Shown here piece by piece: positions 20,102 to 28,631 of a stretch of DNA of 64,000 bases (position 1 is its first letter; the number at the start of each line of letters is the position of its first letter). The notes under the pieces were generated by a model. That model did no database searches and was not told the DNA's origin. It saw only the letters and a program-made list of their open reading frames with translations. Source of the DNA: a phage; sequence record OZ346219.1; one strand, 5' to 3'. The translations under genes were made by a program, and so were the position numbers.

Positions 20102-20596
20102 TTATTTTACCAGTTCTGCTAATTCTTTTTCTTTAGCTTCTAGTTCAGCTTTAAGCTGTTTAATCTCTTGTCGCTTCTTATTAGCGGCTTCCTGCTTACT
20201 ATTTCGGATAACCTGATCTAGATACAACTCCCAATCCTGAATATTTTTGATAATGTATCCGTCAACATTAATTGGTCGGAGATTCAGTACAGCTTCCAGT
20301 TTAGTCGCAAAAACTTTAATTGCTGGCGTGAAGTATTCATATTCGTTATCTTCAAACCAATAACCTAGACTTGCATTATCAATACGAAGACGAAGTTCAA
20401 GATCAAGGTCTTTATCTTCGGTGTAAAGATCTTTCACCTGACCCAGCGAACTAACAACAACTTTAAAACGAATTTTATCTACACCACCAAACACATCAGT
20501 AAGTATACCAGCAATTGAGCTATTAGCGCAAGATTGGTCGCTGAATGCGTCAAGGTTTTCTTTAGTTACAGTATACCAAACATCTTGTACCCACAT
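20102..20596 (-). CDS. WEVGKTY-family paralogue (coiled-coil C-terminus)
   Basis: 164 aa; resembles 13967-14443 (FATKLEAV / FATKLQRD; KQLKAELEAKEKELAELVK); driven by promoter 20628-20656. Confidence 0.5.
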   Translation of the reverse strand: MWVQDVWYTVTKENLDAFSDQSCANSSIAGILTDVFGGVDKIRFKVVVSSLGQVKDLYTEDKDLDLELRLRIDNASLGYWFEDNEYEYFTPAIKVFATKLEAVLNLRPINVDGYIIKNIQDWELYLDQVIRNSKQEAANKKRQEIKQLKAELEAKEKELAELVK

Positions 20597-20627
20597 AATA
20601 TAATCCTCTCGTTGTTTAGATGGGAGT

Positions 20628-20656
20628 ATCTTACTACTCCCGTTTCATCATGTCAA
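20628..20656 (-). promoter_or_regulatory. Sigma70-like early promoter with stem-loop over -10
   Basis: TTGACA-N17-TAAGAT; GGGAGTA/TACTCCC inverted repeat spans the -10. Confidence 0.5.
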
Positions 20657-21219
20657 GCGTTAAATGACTTTTGGATCTCTTTCAGTTCAGCTACTTTATC
20701 GGCGCTGAATTTAGCGTAGGTATCATGTCGAATAATTTCACTTTCAAGAAAGGTTTCCAGCCGAGATCTATTTTCAATAAGGAACTCTTTCAGGTCTTCC
20801 GCGTTCTTGATAAAGATTTTATTGTCGGTAATGTCATCTTCAATCGCAAAGGAGATAGAGCGAACTTTACCAAACAAGTTAATCAGATCTTCCAGAGATT
20901 CTTCTTTCTTAACTGGTTTCATTTCTTCAAACTGCTTTTTAGTGATGCGTTTAAAGTATTTGCGCTCGCTTGCATCAATCATGATTGACGCACCCTCATA
21001 ATCATGAGTTTCTACCAAATACACTTTACCCATAACATTAACCGTAAGAACTTTAAAGCCCCTGTGAAGCACACCATACAGGAACTTGTTATGTTGTGGG
21101 TAGCGTTTAACAAATTCCTCTGCGGACTCAGCATTACGGAAAGTGTAATAACGACCTCGTTCAAAAACAGCATCAGTTGAAGACTTAACCGGATACAATT
21201 TATACGTTTTCTGTACCAT
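20653..21219 (-). CDS. WEVGKTY-family paralogue (divergent)
   Basis: ATG 21219 with GAGGATTATATT leader; same three-part architecture as 15751-16278. Confidence 0.45.
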   Translation of the reverse strand: MVQKTYKLYPVKSSTDAVFERGRYYTFRNAESAEEFVKRYPQHNKFLYGVLHRGFKVLTVNVMGKVYLVETHDYEGASIMIDASERKYFKRITKKQFEEMKPVKKEESLEDLINLFGKVRSISFAIEDDITDNKIFIKNAEDLKEFLIENRSRLETFLESEIIRHDTYAKFSADKVAELKEIQKSFNA

Positions 21220-21233
21220 AATATAATCCTCTA

Positions 21234-21506
21234 TCATTTCACTAATTGAACAGCACGGAACAGAATGCGCTCACACGGAAGCAGCATAAATTCCCAACGC
21301 GGATCAAAGTCTTTAGCGGTGTATGTTTTCCCATCAACCGAGATTTCACTTACATAACCAACAGGTGACACTTTAAGAACAGTAAACCCATTCTTGATGA
21401 CTTCGTAGGTATCTTTCACCCCTTCGTATTCATCATCTAAGAAGTCTTTATGTGCTTGCTCAGATTTAAAAACATAGGCAACACCGGATTTAAACATCTT
21501 ACGCAT
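21234..21506 (-). CDS. WEVGKTY-family N-domain-only paralogue
   Basis: ATG 21506 with AAGGAGAATCAACA leader; VDGKTYTAKDFDPRWEF. Confidence 0.4.
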   Translation of the reverse strand: MRKMFKSGVAYVFKSEQAHKDFLDDEYEGVKDTYEVIKNGFTVLKVSPVGYVSEISVDGKTYTAKDFDPRWEFMLLPCERILFRAVQLVK

Positions 21507-21537
21507 TGTTGATTCTCCTTCTTGATTAGATGGGAGT

Positions 21538-21566
21538 ATTTTACTACTCCCATTTCTTATTGTCAA
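21538..21566 (-). promoter_or_regulatory. Sigma70-like early promoter with stem-loop over -10
   Basis: TTGACA-N17-TAAAAT; same GGGAGTA/TACTCCC hairpin as 20628-20656. Confidence 0.5.
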
Positions 21567-21569
21567 CTA

Positions 21570-22043
21570 CTATCTTAATCTTTGTATGAATTGTTTCTTA
21601 TACTTCTTCGTGATCTCTTCTCTTGTATCAGCGTCACAATAATCGAAACCTTCTGCGTCCATAATAGCAACCATCTCCGCGCGTGTCAAGCGTGAAAATC
21701 GTTTTACTTTATCAACAGCATATTGAGGATGTAAATGATTGTTGGTGTAGTCTCCTTTGATGTAATTAACATAGTTTGTAGCCCAAACAACGAAATCAGC
21801 ACCTAAAGCACCAACACCAAACCGTTTAAAGTCTCCGGTCAACGATCCTTCTAGGCGGTTGCAACACGAATGAAGCAATCCCCTTACGCGGCCTTGCCCT
21901 TTCCCATCTAGATCGTGGTCGTGGTCAAGATGGTTTTTGCTCATATCCTCAAAAAGTGGCAATTGACAAAGGGGGCAAATGCCCCCCTGTTTTTCGAATA
22001 GTTCTTGTTTGTACTCTTTAGCACTCTTAGCAGTCAGTAACAT
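21570..22043 (-). CDS. 49: Endonuclease VII (Holliday-junction resolvase)
   Basis: 157 aa from ATG 22043, same length as T4 endo VII; CPLCQ...HLDHDHDL...KVRGLL and C-terminal KKQ..R.L match recalled T4 gp49; GGAGGGTGA SD. Confidence 0.85.
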   Translation of the reverse strand: MLLTAKSAKEYKQELFEKQGGICPLCQLPLFEDMSKNHLDHDHDLDGKGQGRVRGLLHSCCNRLEGSLTGDFKRFGVGALGADFVVWATNYVNYIKGDYTNNHLHPQYAVDKVKRFSRLTRAEMVAIMDAEGFDYCDADTREEITKKYKKQFIQRLR

Positions 22044-22067
22044 AAATTCACCCTCCAAAGAAGGTAT

Positions 22068-22349
22068 TTAACCATTAATCTTGTTTTTGACTACAAAGGA
22101 TCGGAACTCATCAAAACCACCGATATAATCACCATCATAGAAAATCTGCGGCATGGTGGCAATAACTTCTACCCCTGCGCGATCCTGAATATCGGCAATG
22201 ATAGAATCAATCTTTACCGGACGACCGTTTTCGTCCACACCATCATTAACCGGAATGTAGATGTAAGGGATCTTACGCGATTCACAAAGGCGCTTTGCAT
22301 TCTGGCAATACTTACAGTTGTAACCTTCAAAACCAAAAATTTCTACCAT
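22068..22349 (-). CDS. Glutaredoxin-like protein
   Basis: CKYC active site, C-terminal GDYIGGFDEF; ATG 22349 with GAGGTAT SD. Confidence 0.7.
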   Translation of the reverse strand: MVEIFGFEGYNCKYCQNAKRLCESRKIPYIYIPVNDGVDENGRPVKIDSIIADIQDRAGVEVIATMPQIFYDGDYIGGFDEFRSFVVKNKING

Positions 22350-22357
22350 GTTATACC

Positions 22358-23170
22358 TCAATCTACGTTAGTTACATAAACTTCTTGTGTATCAGAAGAC
22401 TTGCCACCTGAACGATCTAGGCAATAGGTCTTATTCAACAGGACGCAGTTTAAATCATTCCGCTTGATAAAGTCAAGAAGATGATCATTTACCTTTCCCT
22501 TATGATGTGTGACATTACTTATACCAAACTGAAAACCACGCGCCATAATAGATTCTACCCACTGATAGAATTTAATCTCTTCCTCGTCACTCCAGAACTT
22601 ATTATATTCCGCAGAAGTGATAAGGTACGGCGGGTCCAAATAAACGAAATCACCTGGCAAGATCTCGATCTCGTCATAACGACCAGACGTAAAACTGATT
22701 CGACCGTCTTTGTTTTCTTCCTTAAAATTCAGGACACGCTCTACCGCGTTTTCGTTAAAAGTCCGGCGACCAAAATTAGCATTAAATTCGCCCTTCCTGT
22801 TATGACGGTTAATGTTGCTAAAACTGTGCTGAATCAGAACAAACAGAGATAGCGGATCTGGATTCTCATTATACTTCTTACGGAATGCCATGTAAGCATC
22901 TTTATCATCACGAGACAAACCATTTTCGGCAATAATCCTCTTGATCATAAAAACCGGATCAGGACACTCATCAATGACCTTGTAAGCGTCAATTAAGCGG
23001 TGATCATAGTCATTAGCCAGCACATCCCCTTCGACGTACAGAGACACGCTCAAGCCACCACAAAAGGCATCGACAAAGCGGTTATAGTGCTTAGGGAAAT
23101 ACTTACTAACACCAGGCAATAACTTTTCCTTATTGCCCGTATAGGGAATTAAACCTAATGCTTTCTTCAT
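22358..23170 (-). CDS. dam: DNA adenine methyltransferase (Dam-like)
   Basis: 270 aa; FVDAFCGGLSVSL (motif I) and DFVYLDPPY (motif IV); aligns to recalled T4 Dam. Confidence 0.9.
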   Translation of the reverse strand: MKKALGLIPYTGNKEKLLPGVSKYFPKHYNRFVDAFCGGLSVSLYVEGDVLANDYDHRLIDAYKVIDECPDPVFMIKRIIAENGLSRDDKDAYMAFRKKYNENPDPLSLFVLIQHSFSNINRHNRKGEFNANFGRRTFNENAVERVLNFKEENKDGRISFTSGRYDEIEILPGDFVYLDPPYLITSAEYNKFWSDEEEIKFYQWVESIMARGFQFGISNVTHHKGKVNDHLLDFIKRNDLNCVLLNKTYCLDRSGGKSSDTQEVYVTNVD

Positions 23171-23604
23171 TATCCCTTCCTCAAATAAGTTCTTTCAATT
23201 TCTACCAGTTCGAAAAATTCTTCCCAATCACACGGAAAATTGCAGTTTCCAAAATGGTCTTCATTGTAAAGTTCTTTACCGGATGGCAACTTAATATCTG
23301 TTACAGTATACCAACCGCAACAATCGCAATCACCCTCAGCAACAGAAACTTTCGTAGGAATTTGCATCATTGCAAGATACAAAGGCACGTCGGACTGTTC
23401 AAAGATCATGTAACCTTCATGGTCAAACGAAACAAAATTATCATCACCCAAAAAAGGGATATAGTGGTCATAGTCAGTAACAGGTTGACCGTGTAATTCC
23501 CATTCTACAATATTAATCTTACCGCTAAAAGTGATACCCATCATATCAACCATAAAATGGGTATCATCGATGTAAATCTTACTAGGAGTTGGATAAACCA
23601 TCAT
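23170..23604 (-). CDS. Hypothetical protein (Cys-rich)
   Basis: 144-aa ORF; GAGGATTATATT leader; CDCCGW and CNFPC. Confidence 0.45.
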   Translation of the reverse strand: MMVYPTPSKIYIDDTHFMVDMMGITFSGKINIVEWELHGQPVTDYDHYIPFLGDDNFVSFDHEGYMIFEQSDVPLYLAMMQIPTKVSVAEGDCDCCGWYTVTDIKLPSGKELYNEDHFGNCNFPCDWEEFFELVEIERTYLRKG

Positions 23605-23611
23605 ATAATCC

Positions 23612-23905
23612 TCATATCTCAGAGAATAGAATCTCTGTTAATCGTACTGACTGCTCTCTGAATGTTAGCGTATACTCGAAAGGAAAGTCAACACCTAATT
23701 TCATAAGAGAATAGCCTACCGCCTCTTTATGCTTGTCTGTTAGGGCAATCCTAACCAATTCCCGTTGAATCTCTTTAGGCGGTGAATGGATAGTAACACG
23801 GGTATCATGTAATGTCCAGTCACCATTTCGAATTAAGATTAACGGTTTATCATCATTGAAGATCACCGACCCCTTTCCGGTCGGTGAGTGTTTTATACTA
23901 ATCAT
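23612..23905 (-). CDS. Hypothetical protein
   Basis: ATG 23905; overlaps upstream stop; no SD. Confidence 0.35.
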   Translation of the reverse strand: MISIKHSPTGKGSVIFNDDKPLILIRNGDWTLHDTRVTIHSPPKEIQRELVRIALTDKHKEAVGYSLMKLGVDFPFEYTLTFREQSVRLTEILFSEI

Positions 23906-24119
23906 CAAATTCTAAGAAATATTCTGGAACGATATAACCGTTAAAGTCATTACACTTATAAAAATGTGGTGCATTTAATGCTGGATGAGCATTAGTAAAG
24001 AGTTTACCCTCTAGAAACAGAATGTAATTAATAGGTCTAATACCTACAGAATCAGGGTCTAAACCTTTTTCTTTCAGTTCAGCCAGCGTTAAAACTCGTC
24101 CAGATCGTAACTTAGCCAT
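23898..24119 (-). CDS. Hypothetical protein
   Basis: 73-aa ORF; AGGGGT SD. Confidence 0.35.
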   Translation of the reverse strand: MAKLRSGRVLTLAELKEKGLDPDSVGIRPINYILFLEGKLFTNAHPALNAPHFYKCNDFNGYIVPEYFLEFDD

Positions 24120-24405
24120 GATTTACCCCTAATTCATCAAGATTATGTCGCAGCATTTCAGAGTATTTTTCTACTTCCTTGATCTTAGTGTGGATCTCCA
24201 CGATCTCATCTTCACTATCAGATAGTTTAATGGCAATAGCGAGCGTGCTTTTACCAGCTTTCATAGTCTCTTTCCGTTCAACCAATAGATCCGCGTGTTT
24301 CAATAGCAATTCTTCACGTCGAACATAAGCGACGGTCAAAGCCTCATCAGCGATTTCTAAAGCATTTTCAGCGACACCAACAACCATTTTACGAGTAGAC
24401 AGCAT
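24112..24405 (-). CDS. Hypothetical protein
   Basis: 97-aa ORF; GAGGTGA SD. Confidence 0.4.
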   Translation of the reverse strand: MLSTRKMVVGVAENALEIADEALTVAYVRREELLLKHADLLVERKETMKAGKSTLAIAIKLSDSEDEIVEIHTKIKEVEKYSEMLRHNLDELGVNHG

Positions 24406-24419
24406 AAATTCACCTCACA

Positions 24420-24728
24420 TTATTTCACGTTAACGCCGTTATCAATCCAGCCGACGCTATTTGGTTTAACAGTTTTACCATAGGATGCATACTTAATCAA
24501 GCATGGTTTAACATCATTATCAAATCTTCCTAAACGTACTCCCAAATCAGGAATATCCATGTATGCGGCTTTATATCCCCATGTGCCATATTCAGAATCA
24601 ATCTCAACCGGACGGCCTTTAAAAGCATACACTACACCGTGACGGTCAACGATAACATAGCAATAACCAGCCGGAAGATACACAGTTTAGCCGTAAACTT
24701 TAACTGGAGTAGCAGAAGAGATAAACAT
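24420..24728 (-). pseudogene. Small gene interrupted by an in-frame TAA at codon 14
   Basis: ATG 24728 with GAGGATTATATT leader; reads MFISSATPVKVYG-TAA-TVYLPAGYCYVIVDRHG... in one frame; track ORF 24420-24683 starts at GTG 3 nt after the TAA. Confidence 0.4.
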
Positions 24729-24798
24729 AATATAATCCTCACATCGTTCATTTGATGCGGTCATTATATGATAACCGCATTTTCATGTCAACAGTTTT

Positions 24799-25137
24799 TT
24801 AAAAATCTTCTTCCGGTTTATATCGACCGTCATCGACTGGTTTTGGACTGAATCCTTTATGCGTGCGCGGCTTCGCTTCCGGTTTACCAGCAATCATCAA
24901 ACCAAAACATTTCAGCCCCTTATAACACATAACAATATCAACCACGGTCCACGTTATAGGCCAGACGATTGCAGCAATACAAAATGCTCCTGTATCGACC
25001 TCTTTGGTGTCCTTGTCGAATCTGGCATACAAGCAGAATACTAGATACGAGATCATTGCACCAGTAATCCAGATATAAAGTACATTAACAATATCTTGTG
25101 TTGTCAAATTGTCCTCCTTACATGTCTTGCAGTGCAT
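24799..25137 (-). CDS. Hypothetical membrane protein
   Basis: Hydrophobic helices (IVNVLYIWITGAMISYLVFCLY, AFCIAAIVWPITWTVV); start uncertain (track 25173 is TTG; ATG at 25161 or 25137). Confidence 0.35.
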   Translation of the reverse strand: MHCKTCKEDNLTTQDIVNVLYIWITGAMISYLVFCLYARFDKDTKEVDTGAFCIAAIVWPITWTVVDIVMCYKGLKCFGLMIAGKPEAKPRTHKGFSPKPVDDGRYKPEEDF

Positions 25138-25396
25138 AAAAGCATTTTTCTTCGTAGTCATAGAAAATGTCAAAGTATGCTTTTTCTACATACTCGCCAT
25201 TGATCCAAGCGGCAGTAACAATCAGAGTGGTCCAGGTAGATCCGCTCTCAACGGTAAAGGTTTTAATACCCAGCTTCGCTGCCAAGTCGAACGCAAACCG
25301 GACGCAACCACGACAGGAAGTGATGTTGGAAGTTTTGATTTTAAAGCCACCGCGAGTTTTAGAAATTTCTACTTTAGCGAAAGACAGGTTGCTCAT
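25118..25396 (-). CDS. Hypothetical protein
   Basis: ATG 25396 with AAGGAGAATCAAA leader downstream of promoter 25439-25467. Confidence 0.4.
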   Translation of the reverse strand: MSNLSFAKVEISKTRGGFKIKTSNITSCRGCVRFAFDLAAKLGIKTFTVESGSTWTTLIVTAAWINGEYVEKAYFDIFYDYEEKCFYALQDM

Positions 25397-25438
25397 TTTG
25401 ATTCTCCTTAAGAAAGTGTGTTTCGTTTTGATGTGTGT

Positions 25439-25467
25439 AGTATAGGGGATCACCGATCCCCTGTCAA
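25439..25467 (-). promoter_or_regulatory. Sigma70-like early promoter with stem-loop spacer
   Basis: TTGACA-GGGGATCGGTGATCCCC-TATACT. Confidence 0.55.
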
Positions 25468-25483
25468 CAACTTTTTTATGATT

Positions 25484-25738
25484 TTAGTGAATTAACTCTA
25501 CACCAAAATGAGGCACAGAGAACGCCTTACAAAACACATATTCATCATGTTTAGGAATCGCCCCTAACCGCTCTATTTCGCTCGCTAACACTATAAACTG
25601 TTTATCTGGTGCATATGCCTTGCGTGCTTCAACAACGCACGGAAAACGCGTTTTAGAGAGTTCTGGATAGTTTTCCGAATCCAGCAGGACAATGAATACC
25701 CTGTTACATTGATTGTAGAATCCTGTTTTTGATTTCAT
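25484..25738 (-). CDS. Hypothetical protein
   Basis: ATG 25738 with GAGGAA SD inside upstream gene end. Confidence 0.4.
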   Translation of the reverse strand: MKSKTGFYNQCNRVFIVLLDSENYPELSKTRFPCVVEARKAYAPDKQFIVLASEIERLGAIPKHDEYVFCKAFSVPHFGVELIH

Positions 25739-26042
25739 CAAGTTTTCCTCTCAGTACAATTCGTGAAATCTTCCCTTCATGATTTCGTTGGTTCTTGTCT
25801 TCACAGTTTACCCATTCAACAAGGTCTTTACCTAACTCGAAAGCCCATTCTCGGTCCTGCTTTACGTTTTGTAGGTATGGACTTTCTGACACTCTACGAA
25901 GTGATGTTGTCGTAACAAGAATGATCTCAGGAATGGTCGGATGTTCTTTTCCATATACAATAGGACGCGAGTCACTATCAATACCTTGTAAGAAGGTGTA
26001 TCCTGAATCACTTAGAATCATATACTTTTTCATTTCACACAT
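25704..26042 (-). CDS. Hypothetical protein
   Basis: ATG 26042 with GAGGAA SD; overlaps upstream stop by 1 nt. Confidence 0.4.
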   Translation of the reverse strand: MCEMKKYMILSDSGYTFLQGIDSDSRPIVYGKEHPTIPEIILVTTTSLRRVSESPYLQNVKQDREWAFELGKDLVEWVNCEDKNQRNHEGKISRIVLRGKLDEIKNRILQSM

Positions 26043-26299
26043 CACAGTTTCCTCAACCAGTTATTAAAGCTAGCAAACCATGATGCTTTTCGTGCTTCTT
26101 TTACTTTATGTGCACGTAAACCACTGAAACACCATTCATAATCATCACTGAAACATGATTCAACAGGAACACCCGCATTTCGTAGTTCTCTGGTCTTTAT
26201 CATGAATCCTTGACATAATGGGCGACCTTCAACAATGATAGGAAGTTTAACTTTTTCCATGAAAGTATACCCAGCACGGTCAATAATTTCAATCTTCAT
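26042..26299 (-). CDS. MKIEIID-family small protein
   Basis: MKIEIIDRAGYTFMEKVKLPIIVEGR; GAGGATTATATT leader; paralogue of 26318-26515 and 28632-28853. Confidence 0.45.
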   Translation of the reverse strand: MKIEIIDRAGYTFMEKVKLPIIVEGRPLCQGFMIKTRELRNAGVPVESCFSDDYEWCFSGLRAHKVKEARKASWFASFNNWLRKL

Positions 26300-26317
26300 A
26301 ATATAATCCTCAATTAG

Positions 26318-26515
26318 TTATACCGCCCAGGCTTCATTTGCACGAAAACACCATTCATATTCAGGAAAATAACCTTTAATTGGTACGCCAGCTTTTTGTA
26401 GTTCCTGCGTTTCTACAAGATAATCAAGCCCATAACGACGACCTTCCACGATGATAGGAAGTTTAACGCCATTCATGAAAGAAAATCCACCGTCATCAAT
26501 AATTTCAATTTTCAT
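26318..26515 (-). CDS. MKIEIID-family small protein
   Basis: MKIEIIDDGGFSFMNGVKLPIIVEGR; GGAG SD. Confidence 0.45.
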   Translation of the reverse strand: MKIEIIDDGGFSFMNGVKLPIIVEGRRYGLDYLVETQELQKAGVPIKGYFPEYEWCFRANEAWAV

Positions 26516-26759
26516 TTACATTGTCTCCATAGATCTTTCCAGCAATATCAATTTCACCAGCGCGAACATCTAGGATAAGATGCGGTAGGTGTATGCAGTT
26601 TTCCCACCCTACGCGCTTCATTTCTGAAACAGTGACGTAAGCCCATCCGTTCGCTGTAATAAAGTCTACTTCAACCTTGAGAGGAAAGCAAGACTTTTCT
26701 ATGTCTTCGAATCCGATAATGTGTTTTGTCGTTGAATATGGAATATATCCGGTGATCAT
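26505..26759 (-). CDS. Hypothetical protein
   Basis: 84-aa ORF; GGAG SD; ATGA overlap with upstream stop. Confidence 0.4.
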   Translation of the reverse strand: MITGYIPYSTTKHIIGFEDIEKSCFPLKVEVDFITANGWAYVTVSEMKRVGWENCIHLPHLILDVRAGEIDIAGKIYGDNVNEN

Positions 26760-27217
26760 TTTGTGATCTCCTTATACTCAACACACCATAAGCGGGTAGC
26801 CCATGATAAACGCTCATAACGCTGGCAGAAATCGGACCATAGATATTGTGCACCGTTCGGCATAGTTGAAATATGCGTTTTCTCTCCAACTTTCACGAAA
26901 GAAGTATTCGATTTTGTGATCTCGACCGGAGTATATCCGAAAGCGGGTTCCAAGCCAACATCTGAACTAAATGCCAATTTAACAGAATTTGTTTTTCTGA
27001 CCGCTGTCCGGTTTCCTTCTGGGTATAGTACAGCAGGTTTAGCGCCTAAGCGGATAAACTCAGTGTTTTTAATAAACAGAATATCATGATAACCGTCATA
27101 TTCCGACACTTCCATAGTAACAGGAAAATCGACATGTGCTAAACCTGGTAGATCTCGCATATCATGAAAGGTCGCCATCAACTTTTTCATTCTATATTCC
27201 TCACTCTTCTGTTTCAT
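26756..27217 (-). CDS. Hypothetical protein
   Basis: 153-aa track ORF. Confidence 0.4.
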   Translation of the reverse strand: MKQKSEEYRMKKLMATFHDMRDLPGLAHVDFPVTMEVSEYDGYHDILFIKNTEFIRLGAKPAVLYPEGNRTAVRKTNSVKLAFSSDVGLEPAFGYTPVEITKSNTSFVKVGEKTHISTMPNGAQYLWSDFCQRYERLSWATRLWCVEYKEITK

Positions 27218-27398
27218 TTCTTTTATATGGTACTATAACAGGATTAATACAGCAAGCACCAATTACGTTATGAGCACCACAATTTAAGCATTTATAATCA
27301 TGGAACTTATTAAGGAATCGCCCGAACTCATAACCGACTAGCGCCGCATGTACTTGAGTCTCGATCTCATCCATATCAGCCAATGTTTTAACCTTCAT
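27201..27398 (-). CDS. Hypothetical small Cys-containing protein
   Basis: ATG 27398 with GAGGATTATATT leader; CLNCG...ACC. Confidence 0.4.
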   Translation of the reverse strand: MKVKTLADMDEIETQVHAALVGYEFGRFLNKFHDYKCLNCGAHNVIGACCINPVIVPYKRNETEE

Positions 27399-27408
27399 AA
27401 TATAATCC

Positions 27409-27699
27409 TCAAATTGTAGTTTTGCGAAGATGGTCATTACATGCTTTTAATGCATCGGTCGCGGTGTCATAGCGAGTATTATCATAGCACCAATAACCAT
27501 CTGTCAACTGATAAATTAATCCATCCTTTTTAGCTTCGATGAAAGATAACTCTTTGAAAGTTTCTACTTTCTTTGCTGATAATCCACGGTCACGGCGCTT
27601 ATAGAGTTTAGCCAAAATGCGTTCAGCTTGTTCCTCTTTATCACCAGACAGATCCCAGATGATGTTTCGGATATGCTTGATTAATTGTTCAGTGGTCAT
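27409..27699 (-). CDS. Hypothetical protein
   Basis: ATG 27699 with AAGGAGAATCAAAG leader downstream of promoter 27729-27756. Confidence 0.45.
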   Translation of the reverse strand: MTTEQLIKHIRNIIWDLSGDKEEQAERILAKLYKRRDRGLSAKKVETFKELSFIEAKKDGLIYQLTDGYWCYDNTRYDTATDALKACNDHLRKTTI

Positions 27700-27728
27700 C
27701 TTTGATTCTCCTTAGTTGGTATGCGTGC

Positions 27729-27756
27729 ATTATAGCATTGTGATTATCTTTGTCAA
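27729..27756 (-). promoter_or_regulatory. Sigma70-like early promoter
   Basis: TTGACA-N16-TATAAT after terminator 27771-27795. Confidence 0.6.
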
Positions 27757-27770
27757 CACCCAAAAACAAA

Positions 27771-27795
27771 AAAGGCTACCCCGAAGGATAGCCCA
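27771..27795 (-). terminator. Rho-independent terminator after the Gly-rich gene
   Basis: Minus strand GGGCTATCCTTCGGGGTAGCC then TTTTTTGTTTTT. Confidence 0.6.
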
Positions 27796-27800
27796 TAAAA

Positions 27801-28577
27801 TTACACGCGAGCACCGTAGATCGTGCCTACTTTATCCCAGCGAGGGGCATTACCAGTAACAGCTTTACCCGCAGCACCACCGTTATATTCTGTACCGTTC
27901 CCCTGAGTATTACATCTTCCTCCAGCAGCACCAACGTTACCGCCCGCACCACCTGTATATGCACTAAGAGACCCCTTACCAACAGATCCTTTACCCGGAG
28001 CGGAAATGGAGCCAGCGGTTGCACCAGAACCCATATTAGAGGAAGACCCGGCAGCACCGAATGGGCGACCACCGCCGCCACCAAATACTAGTCGACCCCT
28101 GTTACCGCCGCCACCGCCACCACCGCCGCCAGCGATAGCACCGTTATTTGTAATTCGTAGACGTGTACCGATAGCGTTATTGATTGCGTTTCCACCAGCA
28201 GCGCCAGCAGCGTTACTACCACCATTACCCCCACGTCCGTAGACAGTCACACCGGAGTTAATGATCAATGTTACATATTCGTTTGTTAACGAGCTAGGGA
28301 AGTCAAGACAAGGAACGCCAGTAGATTGGGAAACAATATTACCTGTGATAGTAATTACTACCGGAGTAGATCCTTGTGCTTTCATCCAGTTAATAAGAGT
28401 GTCTTTATTGTAAGAGTTACTAGCACCAATGCTATAATGAATCTCTTTAGAACGTCCGACCATTGCTGACATATACGCCGGACGACCTAAGCGAACAGCT
28501 TGCATTGCGGCGCTCATCCACCGTTGACCAGTCTCGGACACAGCAGATGATCCTACCCATCCAGAAGATATTGCCAT
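27801..28577 (-). CDS. Glycine-rich protein of unknown function
   Basis: 258 aa; ~120-aa N-domain then ~140 aa of Gly-rich low complexity (GGGGGGGGGNRGRLVFGGGGG); GAGGAA SD; locally GC-rich. Confidence 0.55.
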   Translation of the reverse strand: MAISSGWVGSSAVSETGQRWMSAAMQAVRLGRPAYMSAMVGRSKEIHYSIGASNSYNKDTLINWMKAQGSTPVVITITGNIVSQSTGVPCLDFPSSLTNEYVTLIINSGVTVYGRGGNGGSNAAGAAGGNAINNAIGTRLRITNNGAIAGGGGGGGGGNRGRLVFGGGGGRPFGAAGSSSNMGSGATAGSISAPGKGSVGKGSLSAYTGGAGGNVGAAGGRCNTQGNGTEYNGGAAGKAVTGNAPRWDKVGTIYGARV

Positions 28578-28631
28578 AAAATTTCCTCACAAGAAAAGCC
28601 CCAATTAAGGGGCATTGATTGATAATATTAC

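Noticed and set aside
26671-26889. 72-aa minus-strand ORF overlapping two neighbours
   Set aside because: Overlaps 26505-26759 by 89 nt and 26756-27217 by 134 nt in another frame; both neighbours have proper SD and ATGA coupling.
28006-28242. Plus-strand 78-aa proline-rich ORF
   Set aside because: Antisense reading of the GGN-rich Gly-rich gene (NCC codons read as Pro); no SD or promoter; composition artefact.
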